Assembly: GCA_004431415.1 (NCBI GenBank)
Contig: QPMI01000449.1
Span: 1-64,000 of the forward strand
DNA: 64,000 nt
Direction: 5' to 3'
From: Cyanophora paradoxa CCMP329
Lineage: Eukaryota; Plantae; Glaucophyta
In this document: positions 1 to 13,269 of the stretch, one piece after another
Position numbering within the stretch: the first letter of the stretch is position 1
Layout of the letters: the number at the start of each line of letters is the position of its first letter
Made by a program: the position numbers and the translations under genes
The notes under the pieces: model-generated
Seen by the model: only the letters and a program-made list of their open reading frames with translations
Told to the model about the DNA's origin: nothing
Databases searched by the model: none

Positions 1-299
1 CACCCTGCGCAAACTTGCAGGGCAAGCAGGGGCGCCAGAGCAATCTGGTAATCTGCATCCCGCGCCAATAGAGCTGTCGCCTACTTCAGCCCCTCCGGCT
101 TTCAGCTACTACGGCACAGAATCTTCGCACCCTCCCTTCAGAACCACAGGATCGCGGACCACCCGTGACCAACGTATTCTTATCGAACCTCTCTCCTTTT
201 CGCCGGTTCTGCCGATCTCATCGTCAACCATTTCGCCTGCGGCAGCTCGCCGTCCACCACCTTACACTCCTCCTATGTGTACGTTTTCCGTGCACTCAT

Positions 300-3050
300 A
301 GTTCTTTCATTTAAAGTTACTAATCTCGTTCGTACAGAGCACGGGATTCGGTGGTGGTTGTCCATGTCCAATATCACACCATACTCTCAAGCTAGCCCCT
401 CCAAATACACAATAGGCGGCTGCTTACGATTACGACTGAATAAACTATACGTAGACTTGGGTTTTCCGAGCTATATACGCAGGCTATCGTTGTGGTACGA
501 AGGTACCAGTGTTGCCTACAGTACTGTGCACAAACAATCAGGAGGGCATTGGAAATCTCTTTTGTGCGAAGCGGCAGACCGTAGTGTGCACGATGCCGGA
601 TAGCGAAGAACGTGGTGAGGTCCCGGCGGAGTCTATCGTACCAGGCGTAAACTCTGCCGCATGTGTGACCGGCAGCAGCGTACACATGCACGTTCGTAAA
701 TTTGTACGAAAGGTGAACTGAGTCGATTGTCATTGGATCACGTCTGTGCACGTGCTGCGTTTCAATGAACATCGTATGCGCTGGTCCTTTCTACGTTTGC
801 TTGCTCCTTTCTCTTATGTTCGGGGGGTACCCTGTATCGATTTGCTTTGGTGATATCGGCTCTTTGGGATCCGCTTCCCGCGCTGCTGGTGTTCATCATC
901 TACGCAAAGCGTGCGTATGCAACCCGCCTACTGCCTGGGTTATGCTGCGCGGGTGCTGGCACACCTTTTAGCTGGGCTCTCGTCGACGTCGGAGCGGGGC
1001 TTGCATCTCTCACACTTCTTACGCAGCTCATTCTGACGGCAGGTATTAGAGGGCAAGACAGTACGGACTGCCTGTACGACCTTCTGGCGTCAGTCCCGAA
1101 GCCACGTCATCCGGCTCGTTCTGTCTTGCAATGAACATCACGCGTATGACACGTAAGTTTCTCCTTCGTGGTATTTCCGACGTTACGGGTTTGAAACCAG
1201 ATCTCTGTCGTAGGTTCACGAATGCAGGATCTGGTGCAGCGGGTAAAATTTTCTTTTGACGTTGGTATTATTGCCGCGTCATTGCAAAAGGACAGGTGTT
1301 CGAGAACCCTGGGATTTTCATTATTATCGCATCTTTCATATGTGACAACCAGTACCGTGCTGTCGTCTGTGTGCTTGGTGGCGTCTGTCAGAGTTGGAGA
1401 CGTATAGTACGTGTGGTTGCCGTGATTGATGCGGTACTGATGGGCCCTCGAGCTCATTTCTCTTGTCCTTCAGGCACGCAATTTCAAACCAGTGTCAGCT
1501 GTTTTTTCGTGCAGGATGAAAGTGGACTTGTGCGCAGACCATCGGTCAGTTATATAAGCGTGAATTCAATTGCGGAGGTGCGTTGTATTCGCCTAATGAG
1601 ATCGCCCATGATCACCTCGTAGCTAATGACTGATTCAGGCCGTTCGTATGCTAATATCGCATCCTAAGAAGTGTCTTCTCGAACATGTGCGTTTTCAGGG
1701 TTACGACGCTATGTAACATATACCTCACGTCCTTCGATGGCTCCTAGGTTTTGACAACAGTTACGAGGGTGGTGTTTATTACTTCACGTACAGAAGAAAT
1801 ATTCGTAGAACTCCCTCGTCTCGTGATCATATTGGGTGTGCGGATATGCTAGTTGTCGAACTGTGCATATTTCGTGCACGTCCGTCACGAATACGCTTTT
1901 TTTGGTTTGTTAATTCAATTTCGGCTGTTGTGTTTCTATCTCATTTTTAATTATCAAATGAACAGGCAAGTCGGCAGGAAATGGAAATCGTACTGAAAGA
2001 ATTTACGCGGAACTTACTACACGCCATGGACACTGTGCCAGCACATGTAATTCCAGCTGGATTCGGTGTCTCAGTCACGACATTATCGTCTCTGCGCACA
2101 GGCCCAACCGTTCCATCATCTACCAAAACATATATTGCTCATGCGCCACTTTTGGGGGGCTATCCGTCTGCTGCAATTTCCCATGTACGCGTCTTTTCTA
2201 AAGTCGTGAATGCTTTAATTAATAGAGCGTCCGTTGATATATTAAGCGCAGTTGGAGATTTGTTTGGATCCCAGAGAATCAGATCTGTTGATACTACACT
2301 CCGTCCTGGAACGACGGGAGAAGCCATTGAGTCTGGCAGGGATAGCATTGCAGTCGCAGCATTCGATATCTTCTGCAAGAGCACTCCGTCGCCATGATCA
2401 CTTGTCAGTGAAACATGGAGGCTCTCGGCTTTCATTTCACCTATATCGCATCGACTCAAGATATTCGGATTTTATATACGTATTAATGAGGACTGCCCAT
2501 TGCAGTGCTGTGTGGATCGATTGTCGATCCATTTCAACAGAGTATACCGCCGCTCGAAGTGTGCAAGATATTGACACGGATCTCGCACTGGGGCCGTTAC
2601 TCTGGTATATTTGCAAGAACTTGCAATGTGCTCATTTTTCTTGTATATATGTTTGGGTGATTTACGTTTATTCTGTCCTTAGGCAAAGGGGATGGCGGAG
2701 TTCCGGGATTCCGATATGCCTTTCGTTTGCTGGAATTGATTCTGGCGGAGATTTCTAAACCGTTCCTTCTGTCATTTGAAGGGTGCGTGTTACGGTAGGA
2801 CTGTGAACTGGTTTTTCATTTTTCGTTTTCATCTGAATTGTCCTGCTTTGTACAGATTAATTTGTCGCATGTGGCGGGTCTTTTATTCGAGACAAGGATT
2901 GTGACATTACTGGAACGTAACCCACCCCGTCATCTCATTCTTCGTGATTGTTATAAAATGGCCAACGATGCGAGGAACGGCATTATCGATAGTTTAGTTT
3001 CCCAGTTATTCGGACTGGGTGCCAGATTACATACGAATCATAATATTGAG
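300..3050 (-). mobile_element. Decayed non-LTR retrotransposon (3' part of ORF2, possible RNase H-like segment)
   Basis: Broken minus-strand frames. WEIAADG*PPKSGA*AIYV (~2100-2190) resembles an RNase H first motif. The 392-772 ORF (HVYAAAG..RVYAWYDRLRRDL..FFA...GLPL..EI) is clearly homologous to the end of the opposite-strand element at 5915-6080. Boundaries approximate. Confidence 0.4.
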
Positions 3051-3559
3051 TGATGTTTGTCTGGTCAAGTACATATGCATGCATATTAGAATCCTAAGCA
3101 CTACTTAGCCCAGTGTTCCACTGCCCCCATCGACCCGCTGCCCTCTGCACCCCTTCACCCGGCCGCCGAGTATCCCGTCGCCCACCATGCCCGCCTCTTT
3201 CTGGTCTCTAGCGCCCCGTTCCTACGCCCCCTATCGTCCACCCGCGCCGCCCTCTAGCACCCCGGCCGTCACCCCTCTGCCGTCTCGCTTCCATCGGAGA
3301 GGACCAGCGGGAGACAAACCGCCTAGACTCAGTGTTCCGCCGCCCACCCAGCAACCTTCTGCCCCCCCTCAGTACACCGTCTTCCCCATCGACATGACCC
3401 CACTCTGACCCTACTCAGCATCCCGTCTCACACCAGCGACCTGCTGTCCCACCGCCCCGTCCCGCCGCCTTTAGCGCAAACCTCTGTTTCTCACTTGCCC
3501 CCCCCCCTTCCCCCCCCCTCCCCCCCCACCTCTCCGCCTCTCTAAACATTGCAGTCGAT

Positions 3560-6230
3560 GATTGCATTTGTAAATGCCTACTTTTGCTTCGGGATACCTG
3601 GATTGCAGACTCAAGGTGTTAATGCTAGTTCTTAAAAAGCTGCTTGAACACCAGCGTGTTACGAGCTCTTTTCATGTCAGGACACCTACTTCCCGGTTGC
3701 TTCGTCGACATCTCATCAATGGCCTCTGATAAAATTACCATTTCGATCGACACCTTCTGAGTCTCATCAGGACGCCGGACAGCTTAGCAGAATCATCGTC
3801 CGACAGTGGCAAAATTGGGAACGTTGGCCTTGTCAGAACTGCAAGCAATACGGCCGTGTGAACCAGACGTACGCTAGCAGCAATATTAATGCCGATGTGC
3901 ACGAGATGCACTGCGTACTTACTTGAATCGTCGCTTGCGCTGTCGCTGTCAGTGCACTGCATATCGACATCCGACCTGTTCGTGCCACCCTTTCAGTACA
4001 CAGCGCGTTCGTTAGCAACCGATCGTACGTTCGGAATGCCAGATATGCACCTGTTGCATTCTGCCATTTCTCTGCCCAGTGGCACGAGGGCAATCGCTAT
4101 AGTCATCACCCGGACACTCTGCGCGATCCCATGCGCGTATGAGTCGGTAGACCGGTCCAACCTCGTGAAAACATGCTCGCGTACTTCCGACCACGTCTGA
4201 TTGCGAATCGCCTGACGCTTCTGCAAAGTGAAGTGCATATGCAATGCGTTAGCCTGCTGCGGACTCTGCACGTCTACAGCGAGCGCTGGTCTGAATGGTC
4301 ACCTCGCCCATGTTCGATAGTGCTATCCCGGCTTCGCTCTCCATTAACGTGCAAACGGTAACCTTCCCGACGCGAGCATCTACCCTGTGCTGTCGCTCCG
4401 TCAGCGTCACTTCCGATAATAGCTGTCATCAGTCTCTCTCCGTACATCCTGTTCTAGCGGCCATGTACGACTGTACGATATCACAGGCGCGATCGATCAT
4501 CCCCGCGCAGCTAGCATCATACCTCGCTGCGCGCTTTAATCTGAGTGCCTTATACAAGCCACCGCCACGATCTATGTATCGCGCCCACCGAGGTTCGCAC
4601 ACACGCATGTTCTATCCTTTGTTTGCGCATCCGATCCGGTAAACACATGTTACTATAGCTACTCTCATGCTGCTCCTACTCCCAGTTTTACAGAGCGGTG
4701 ATATGCTCGGAAGAGCCATTGACAATGGCTGCCGCGACCATGGGATCATCGGACCAGGATTGCCTGTGATGGACGGCTTTTATGCACATCCTGCGGCTTT
4801 TGGGGAGCGTCCGCGACCACGCCTTAATTTCGTACCTTCCTCCTGACATACCAAGCTGCGTGTTCATATCAGGTCCGTCATTCGCCCATCGTTCCATACC
4901 TATGCATACAAACATACGCATCCTCTCTATGCGCACAGGTGGCCTCCCTTCAAGCCCTCACGTGCCCGCGATTGCCTACCGAATGGCATTGTACGCATGC
5001 ATGCGAGAAAGCATGAGCGCGAACCGTTTGTCCTGAGAGTAGCTTGCAGGAACGATATCGACATCTACGTAAAAGCCTCAACCGTGGCAGAATTCACTCG
5101 CGTCGTCAACGCCTTCTATCAAGCTGCGCGCGCGCATCCGCAGAACGAGTCGCGCCTTACCTACCAAAGAATAAAACCGTGGATGTCTTCTGCGCACCTT
5201 TTGCCTACGGCATCCAGATCATGGCCCAGGTGTCCTACCTCTGCAGGTGCCTGCTACATGCAGAATATTTCGAACGGTATCATTTCGATTTTCAATTCTG
5301 TTCCTCAGATCAGTGTCATGGGTTCGAATACTATTGAGCGTATAGTATCATCGTACGACTCCCTGCATGTGCAATCTACGTGCCAGGAGACGACCTTAGC
5401 CACCCGGTCGCAACGTTTGCAGCGTGTATGACCTCATCACGCACACAATTCCCATCAACGTGGACTACCTGGCCTTTTTCACCCCTTCTACTACGTTGAA
5501 AATGGCCACGTGTTAACACGCATCATCCATACCACTGCGTGCCCCGGATTTTGAAATACGTGCAAGACACCGGAGCTGGAGTACGTACTCTCTCGCATTC
5601 AATCCATACTACTGCTGGCCTCCGCGATCGTGTTCGTGGGTCATCGCTTTCTGGCATCGAAGACGTTAACCCGCGATCAAGATCCGAACTCGAGTGCATA
5701 ATGCATCCTGCCTCCGCAGCTGGCGTCCTGCAACTACTATGACACTCAAATGTTGTGCGCAGGAATCTGAGGGCGCGTCACCTGGATTGGATTGGTTGCG
5801 AAGGGGACACCGGTCTGCTTCCCTCAGGAGTACACCCTGTGCGTTTCTATTTTATACGATCATCGTGGCCGGTATCGAGTTCACCCGCAAAGTTAATGTG
5901 TTTGCGGCCAGTTCATGAAGAAATTTGCGAACGTGCATGTGTACGCTGCTGCCGGTTACACATGCGAAGAGTTTACGCCTGGTACGAGAGACTCCGACGT
6001 GACCTCATCAAGTTCTTCGCTATGCGGCAGCTCACACACAACGGTCTGCCGCTTCTCACACAAGAGATTTACGAGGCCTTCAACGCTGCATTCGACGCCT
6101 CGGTGGCAGCAAGGGAATCGGACCCCGACAGAGTACGTCGCTACGTATACTATTCCTTCCGAATTCCTGCGACCCCTGCTACTACATTCTTTCACTCCCC
6201 CCCAACCCCAAGTAACTACAGCATGTGATC
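3560..6230 (+). mobile_element. Decayed L1/Tx1-like non-LTR retrotransposon ORF2 (reverse transcriptase remnants)
   Basis: Frameshifted RT-like motifs in the expected order: AYESVDRSNL (~4135, cf. AF/YDSVDR), SPMF (~4305), YLAARF (~4520, cf. YLG), MRTGGLP (~4930, cf. GGLG). C-terminus shared with the 392-772 ORF. Confidence 0.5.
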
Positions 6231-6514
6231 TCTAAACCCTCCTTGCGGTGGTGATCGTACCCGTATTCTTCATGTGCACATCTTCACGGTGCAGTGTGGT
6301 GAACTCTGCATTCGACGCATCTGTTGCAGCAAGGGGATCGGACCCGCATAGTTAAGCTTACTATACTGTAGTCCAGGCCTAGTCAGCTAGCATAGTACGG
6401 AGCATGTGAGGAGGGATCGAGGCAGTGTGAGTGGATGATATTGGAATGGAAGTCAAGTGCAGCAAGCTGAGGGTAGCCAGTGCCAATGTGCACATTCAAT
6501 AAAGGCAGGCAAAA

Positions 6515-7600
6515 CTAAGTAGTCGAGCGCAAGATAGAAGGTGTCAGAGATAGGAAACAGAAATCGATGCGAAACGAACCCCGACAACTGACTGCCATAC
6601 AACGTATATGGAGTACGGCGCGCGTCCTTGCCCTAATTCTGACCGACATCGTCGTACATTCCGTGGTACATATCATCATGCAGCGGCCATCCATCTGGTC
6701 CACATCGGGTCGATGTACGACGTGCTTGGCGACCGTCCCATTCCACTTCATATAGATTTCGGCCACCGGCGATCGGGGTCCCAACTGCCAGCACAATCGA
6801 AGGCATTTACTATCAAGTCGTACTCTGCGTGGGGATGGGTTTAATAGTTGATCATCATCCAAGATTACATGTGTACAGGCACCTCCATTACAGTCCGTAA
6901 GCTGAACGGACGCAATCACATCGTACGCAGAAGTAAACTCGTTGTTACTCACGCGCACCGCTGCAGGCCCAGGTGGTACTGCTATGATGGCGCCTGTGCC
7001 GGGATTCTTGATTATAAAAACGTCGGGGGTCATTTGGCTCATGGCCTCCAGTACGATGATGGAACCGGGGCCGCTGACTCGCACTGATTGAGATATATCG
7101 CGGTAAGAAGCTAAATCGAGATTCGGTCTCGCGTAAGAAGCAGCTAGCACTATATCGGATGTGGGCGACGTATCTGCGATGGCGCAAATCGCAGCATGCA
7201 CTTGCGTCAGCAGCGAACGGAGCAAGCGCACGGAGAACATACCTCTCGATCGCTTCTTGGAACCGGAATCGAGGATGGGACGCAAAGTATTCGTCAACGA
7301 CATGTCTAGCCGTCTCTGCAAGAATCAAGTCCGGCAATTAGGGGTACAGCCTGCATTCCCGGCGCCGTGAACGACAGCCCGTGCGCTACACGCGCAACTC
7401 GTCGCATCGTTCTTAGCGCGCTCATTCGCCTGCGCAATCTCAGCTAGGCCAACCCACCGCTAAGCGCGAAGCAACGCGGCGCGCTCCTTCGCCAACGCCA
7501 GCGCCATCAAGGCGAACACAAGCGCTAGAAGCGCCGCTCGTCGTACCTTCGAAGCGCGCTCAGTCGCAGGGTGGCTGATACCCCGGCTCGAAGTAAGCAT
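6515..7600 (-). CDS. Hypothetical protein (268-aa open exon; possible upstream hydrophobic leader exon)
   Basis: ORF 6515-7321 is preceded by an acceptor-like ttgcag. An upstream frame from ATG 7600 gives AALLALVFALMALALA but is followed by a stop. No family recognised. Confidence 0.3.
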
Positions 7601-9577
7601 GCTCAGACCCGATCCGCGCCTGCCGTCTAAACACAGACGACTTTTAACTTATATGTTTCAACAGGTTCCGATTACTTGATCATGGCGAAAACAAAAGCGT
7701 GCATGGGATCTCACCTGGGATGTTCAGAGGAACGATGCAGAGGATCGAGCAGCCACATGATTATAGAGACCGATCCGTAACTATAGTCACTTCTCCGACG
7801 TCACTACTCTTATGAGAACACACCGCATGTTGATCGCATCCAATCGTTGAAGATGGAACGGTTCTGCAACGATTTCTGCAGATCGAGCCTATCCACATCT
7901 TCAGGCCATGGCAAGCCGGGCGTGACTTCGGTATTACCCTTACGTAAACCTCTACTTCTTCACGTCTCACCACCAGACGCCTGCCAGCTATCTCTCGGGC
8001 ACTCGATACGAAACTCCGCCTGCATCTGTCCTGTCCCTACACATCAGAACGTATCAGAGTGCCAGTTCAGTCAGTGTACTGCGTTCACCCGCACGTACGT
8101 GGTCGTATTCCCTTCATAAATTCCACATTATTCTTATCCCTGCGCAGTGTTTCGATTTCAACGAGCACTTGATATTCTCCCTTCATAATGAAGATTGGTC
8201 AGCTATTCGTCCTGCACTCATGGTCATGATCAAAGTTAAATCCTTTCCATAGGGAATGCCCATTCCAATTCTGCCAAAGACAAGCAGGTCTCCACAATCT
8301 CATCATTGACGAGTTCTTCAAGTCCATCCTTGACGGGGTCTGTGCCCGATTTACCTTTACATCTCATAATTACTGATACCCTCATTCCAGACAACGCCTG
8401 CAGATCTCGCTGTCGAAATAGACAACACAGGAAGATGGCTGCCATGCGCTTCCGACAATATACCCGACTAGATCAAAATCTCCAAGCAAGGCTAGGCCGC
8501 GCACCCCCATCAGTGCATCACCCGCCCCGCCCTTCTCTGCCACATCCAACCCGCCCCGCCAGGGCGTCGCGAGTCGACCGCTGCGCCCCGGGCGGCTTAC
8601 TATATTCTAGTCCATGTCCTAGCTAAAGAGCATCGTACCACGGACTGAAAGCAACGTGGCCCCCTAATCGATAGACCTATAGCTAGTAGTCTTCAGTCGA
8701 ATCATAGCCACAAACATGGTCATCGTAGCAGTCTGTTTCGGTGCAGCATAGACGATTGCAGATTTCGCCGCGGGCCTTGCCGTATGCAAGGTGCTCTCCT
8801 GGCGCTGCTGGTGGTGCATGTCTCTCATTCTTGGCGCGAGGATCGCCGTATTGACGATCAAGAGGGTTTCGCTTCAGAATCCGCCGACAGCGTATAACTG
8901 TGTGATTGGGCAGAGGGTTGTGACATAGAAGTAATCAAGCGCGCCATGCGGACATGAGCCCATGTGCGATCGGTACAGACATCGCATTTTATCATCTCGC
9001 TGCTATGTTCCTCACAGTAGATGCTGCATAACAAGGGCGTTGGCTCCAGTCAGATATGTTGGTTTTGTGCGTAGGTTGACCACTTAAACATCATATATAT
9101 CCCTCGCGAACCTGCTACAGTTATCCGATGAGCACCGGTATACCGTATGCTGACGACCGCCAGTACTGGCCATGGAGGGAGCGTGAAAGTCGTCATTGCA
9201 GAAAAGAACAGGACAGCCAGTGACGGATGAACACCGAGCAAGCCGGCACGTTCGTGCTGGTTCGAGCGGGCATGGCCGTGCATACCGTCGATGGCAGGGC
9301 ACGCGTACGGTCCGTGCGCACGCGCGTCGGCAATCTCATCCCCGGAACACGCTGCAGTCGAAGTAGGAGGTGGATCGGCTTCAGCTGCCGGCGCCATTAC
9401 GCTGTCTGGGCCCAGGCCTCAGTCTGACGTAGAGTCTCTGGCATCAAACCCGAACGGCGGCTTTTTTCCCAATATGCGTACGCGAACTCGGAGAGTTAGT
9501 CGACGATCGAGAACTAAAGTTAGTCCCAAATTTGAAATTTTGCGTTGAGTACGTACTCTAAACCATACCGAAGTGCA

Positions 9578-12023
9578 ATGGCACGTCAATCAAAGGCAGC
9601 TGCTGCTGCAGCCACGGCTGAGAAGAAGGACAACGTGCTCGAGCCGAAGAAGGCTGACGTGGCCGCGTCACTGGCGAAATCTGATGCCACTGCTGCTGCC
9701 GGAAGGACCCGCTCCCTGTCGCCGTTGACGAGGCTTCGCCGGTGATCCCTACGCCGGTGGATGCGACGTGGACGACGCGGCACGCGCTGCCTGGGTGCGC
9801 TTGGAGTTAATCAATGTTCGGTCCGGCATGGTGCGGATTTAAGCTGACGATCGGCGCGATAGCAGGCTGAACGACGGCATGCCACGGGAAGGGCAGCTGC
9901 AACTATCACGGCGGCAGTGGCATCGTCTCGCCCGTTGCCTGGCGCGTCCGGATCCATTTGCAATGCTGGGCAAGTGTACGTATTCTACGATCGCGTAATA
10001 TTGGCTGTGACTAATACGACGTTATTCGTCCCTGCGTAGATCGGCTGCCGTGCCGGTCGCCACTAATTCGGCAAGTGCCACGGCTAATGGGATTGTGATG
10101 CTATCGTACGTGCTTTTATAATCAATAGCATTTGTGCACGACGAGCGTCACAACCCTAATATATTTCCAGGCCCGCAAAGAAGGTTACTGTGGCGCGCAC
10201 GTTCATGGATTTGAAGGATGGAGGGATTTTAACGGTGTCGTGCGGATTGCGAACATGCACACCATAAGTGGAAGGAACGGAGGTGACACCATCCGCGGTA
10301 CTCTGGAGGATGAGGTGCGCAACCCCGTTGTAGCTGGGTAACATCATGTGTAATGTCAATGTGGCGATTTATATAAGCTTTCTGCTCATCGACGTACGCA
10401 ATGCAGGTCGGCGATAAGGTGCCGCTCCGTATCTTCACAGGGGCGATGCTAACAAGTGCGGGAAAAAATGCCATCAAGGGAGACATGCTAATCGATCAAG
10501 TGAACAATATAACCGAACACTTGAACGCAAGCTGCAACTCAGAAAATATGGTATACTCTCCCATTTACGTATACTTCCATTATCCGTATCAGTATGCTGA
10601 CATGGAATATATCGATCAGTACTTAATCATGAAATCATCAAACAAAGCACGCTACTTGGTGAAAGGACTGCGACCGAGAAACTGGCTTGGCCATTGACGC
10701 GAGACCGCACACTGCTGAAGGAGATCCAGATTAATTCTGGTAATGTCGGTCTAATCAACTTCGAATCAGTGAATGAGGAGGTCTGTCACTCATGTTTACC
10801 TATATTCATATCGCGCGTATTCATTACCTGCTCACTTTTGCTGCCGTACGTTAGGATCCTCGTCTCATCGAGCTTCCTCACAAACTCGCGAATATGGATC
10901 GCGCATCATTTGTCATGATGCGCTACGACATCGTTTCCGACTTCAGGGAGCAGCAGTTGACTATATGAATGTCAACAAACTGTGCGACTCGAACAGGTTC
11001 AGCGAATGTGCGTGCTACTATAGATAACTGGGATGATACCACGTTTTTCGTCGCGCTCGTACCGTGTTTTATCGCTTCATCAATAACATTGGATGCATCA
11101 TCAAGGAGGAAGAGGACGGATACGTGTGCATGGACAAGCTCGGGTGTAAGGTGCCAGCTCGGTTTGGACTTGGCGCAAAGTTCGAGTCCCTCGGGAGCTG
11201 TTCGACACCTACAGCATCGACGGGTCGCGGACATCGTCGTTTCATTCGCGGAGGTTCGGACGTCTATACTGTAGTTAAACATGGTAAACGAATGCAAGGC
11301 GTAATTCACACGCATTCAAACGTAGTTCAAATTCGAGCGACCATCAGGCACCCCGACGGAACTGTGTTTGGCTTCTTTTCTGAAGTAATGGGACTTGCGG
11401 AATTCGAGGAGAAAAAGAAGACCCTGCCGTAGGGTTCGTCTCGAAGGCAATTAAAATTCCGGATGCGAGTGCTCGCTTGCATGCATCTGTCCCGTTTGGT
11501 AATGGGTCGAACCGAGTTGGTGCGGAAGTTCAGCCTATCGGTTTTAACCTGTGTAACCCTTTCATGCAGCGCTCTTCGCCGGCGGTACCGGCCCGACAGG
11601 GAGCACCCCGAATTTGTCGGGTACGACCGGATCCCTGTCAAGGTTGAAATGGTGGATCAGCGATCGCTCTGAATGGAATCTCAAGCTCGCCGATGGCAAT
11701 GGCAGCAATGAACATGCCGATGCAGCTGCGCCTGAGCCTGAAGGACAATCCGTTCGCGTGTCTCGCGATCGCACTGGAAGTGAGGCTTCTTTTCCTAATG
11801 GGCTCGTTGAGCGCGAGGTATATGACTTTCCGTACATTGCATATGCCACGTTCCAGCTAATCTCGTAGCAGGCAACTATCGCAAAGCGGAAGAAGGGAGG
11901 CAAGGACGAAGCCAAAACTTCAAAGAAACAGAAGAACGTGAGCGTGGAGTCGGAGTCAGATGCGGAGTGGACGACGAGGAGAGGAAGAAAATTGAACGGA
12001 CCGACTCATGGCTCTGCATCTAA
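9578..12023 (+). pseudogene. RPA1/RPA70-like OB-fold ssDNA-binding protein, multi-exon, frameshifted
   Basis: Exons give IRGTLEDE|VGDKVPLRIF (OB-fold strand pattern), FYRF...GCIIKEEEDGYVCMDKLGC (degenerate RPA1 C-terminal Zn ribbon) and VQIRATIRHPDGTVFGFFSEVMG (cf. YxLxxxIxDxTG..F). GT-AG introns present; several indels and stops. Confidence 0.5.
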
Positions 12024-12474
12024 TTCATAGATTCCATATATTCATTCATAGTTTGAACATTTGTCATGTATAGCACAATGGCGGAGGGTAGTAACCGGGT
12101 AGCATTATATATATATAGGTTTTCGTAGGTCATTTCGCTTCGCATACGAGATAAAGAGTGTAAATCAATTTCTTATAAAGTATCACGCAACGATGGCATA
12201 CGAATCAACCGCACCGGGCGCGGTTGGCTAGGTTGGGAAGCTGGGCGACCGCGGGCCGGGGCGCTGTAGCTCCGAGGGCGTGCTCCTGGTAGCGGACGCT
12301 AGATGGCAGGGCCAAAGCGCTGGAAGAGGGCCCGGAATGCGTCGGTAACATATTCTCACGTGCTGCATCCCTACGAAGCATGATGCACGCGACGTACACT
12401 GCGAGCACCCCTACGCTTGGTGCGCGCTTTCGATTGCGTACCCGGCCAGTCCGTGCATCTGATCCGCGTCAACT

Positions 12475-13032
12475 ATGGCGCGTGTGAAGGTGACGCCGAA
12501 GAAATCCGATCAACGGATGGCCTCCAAGGCCGCCACCGGGTCCCGCGGTCCGCGCAGGGCCAAGACGGGAACGAAGAGTGTCATTCCGGGAAGGAAACCT
12601 CACGTTATCGTCCAGGTGCGAATGCTATCGCCCCATATCGTACCTCGCGGTGCGTGGATGATTACCACGTCAGCCCGAACCCGCAGGCACCGTCGCGCTT
12701 CGTGAAATCCGCAAATACCAGAAGACGACAGATCTCCTCCTTCGCAAGCTGCCGTTCCAGCGGCTGGTGCGCGAGATCGCACAGAACTACGGCATGCCGG
12801 ACAAGCGCTTCCAATCCTCCAGCGTCCTTGCGCTACAGGAAGCCAGCGAGGCGTACCTTATCGGCCTTTTCCAGGACGCAAATCTATGCGCTATCCACGC
12901 AAAGAGGTGCATTGCGACCTACTGATCATGAATACAACTACACTGCTTACATCTTACAGGCCGACGCGCAGGGTGACGCTCATGCCAAAGGATATGCAAC
13001 TCGCCCGTCGCATCCGAGGCGAGCGCACATAA
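12475..13032 (+). CDS. Divergent histone H3 variant (3 exons; 1-nt frameshift near 12603)
   Basis: Exons 12475-12615, 12687-12906 and 12972-13032 give [11 protein letters not shown]...KPH(R)[96 protein letters not shown]. One base is missing in the His-Arg codons. Confidence 0.9.
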
Positions 13033-13269
13033 ATCGTACGATTTCCAGGACGTGAGGTGTGCTCCGACAACTCCGGTGTAATCCAATTCAGGATACAGTA
13101 TGTTTAACGCTTCACGAGATTATGTTGCACGTACACTCAATGCAACGGATTGAAAACCGTAATAAAGCCCGTTGAGTAACGCGACGGACCAACCATCGGA
13201 CGTGCACTAATTCAGCGGCACGTTATCGAATACAGATGCACATGCTACTTGCATACTGCAGTGACTCGC

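Noticed and set aside
7750-9400. Possible minus-strand multi-exon gene
   Set aside because: Only short broken frames with no recognisable domain; no model can be supported.
10690-10970. In-frame TGA codons in the RPA-like gene as possible Sec
   Set aside because: The region is full of indels and stops, and no SECIS was seen downstream.
12475-13032. Calling the histone CenH3
   Set aside because: It keeps H3-type Q and F diagnostic residues and an H3-like tail start; only partial CenH3 traits.
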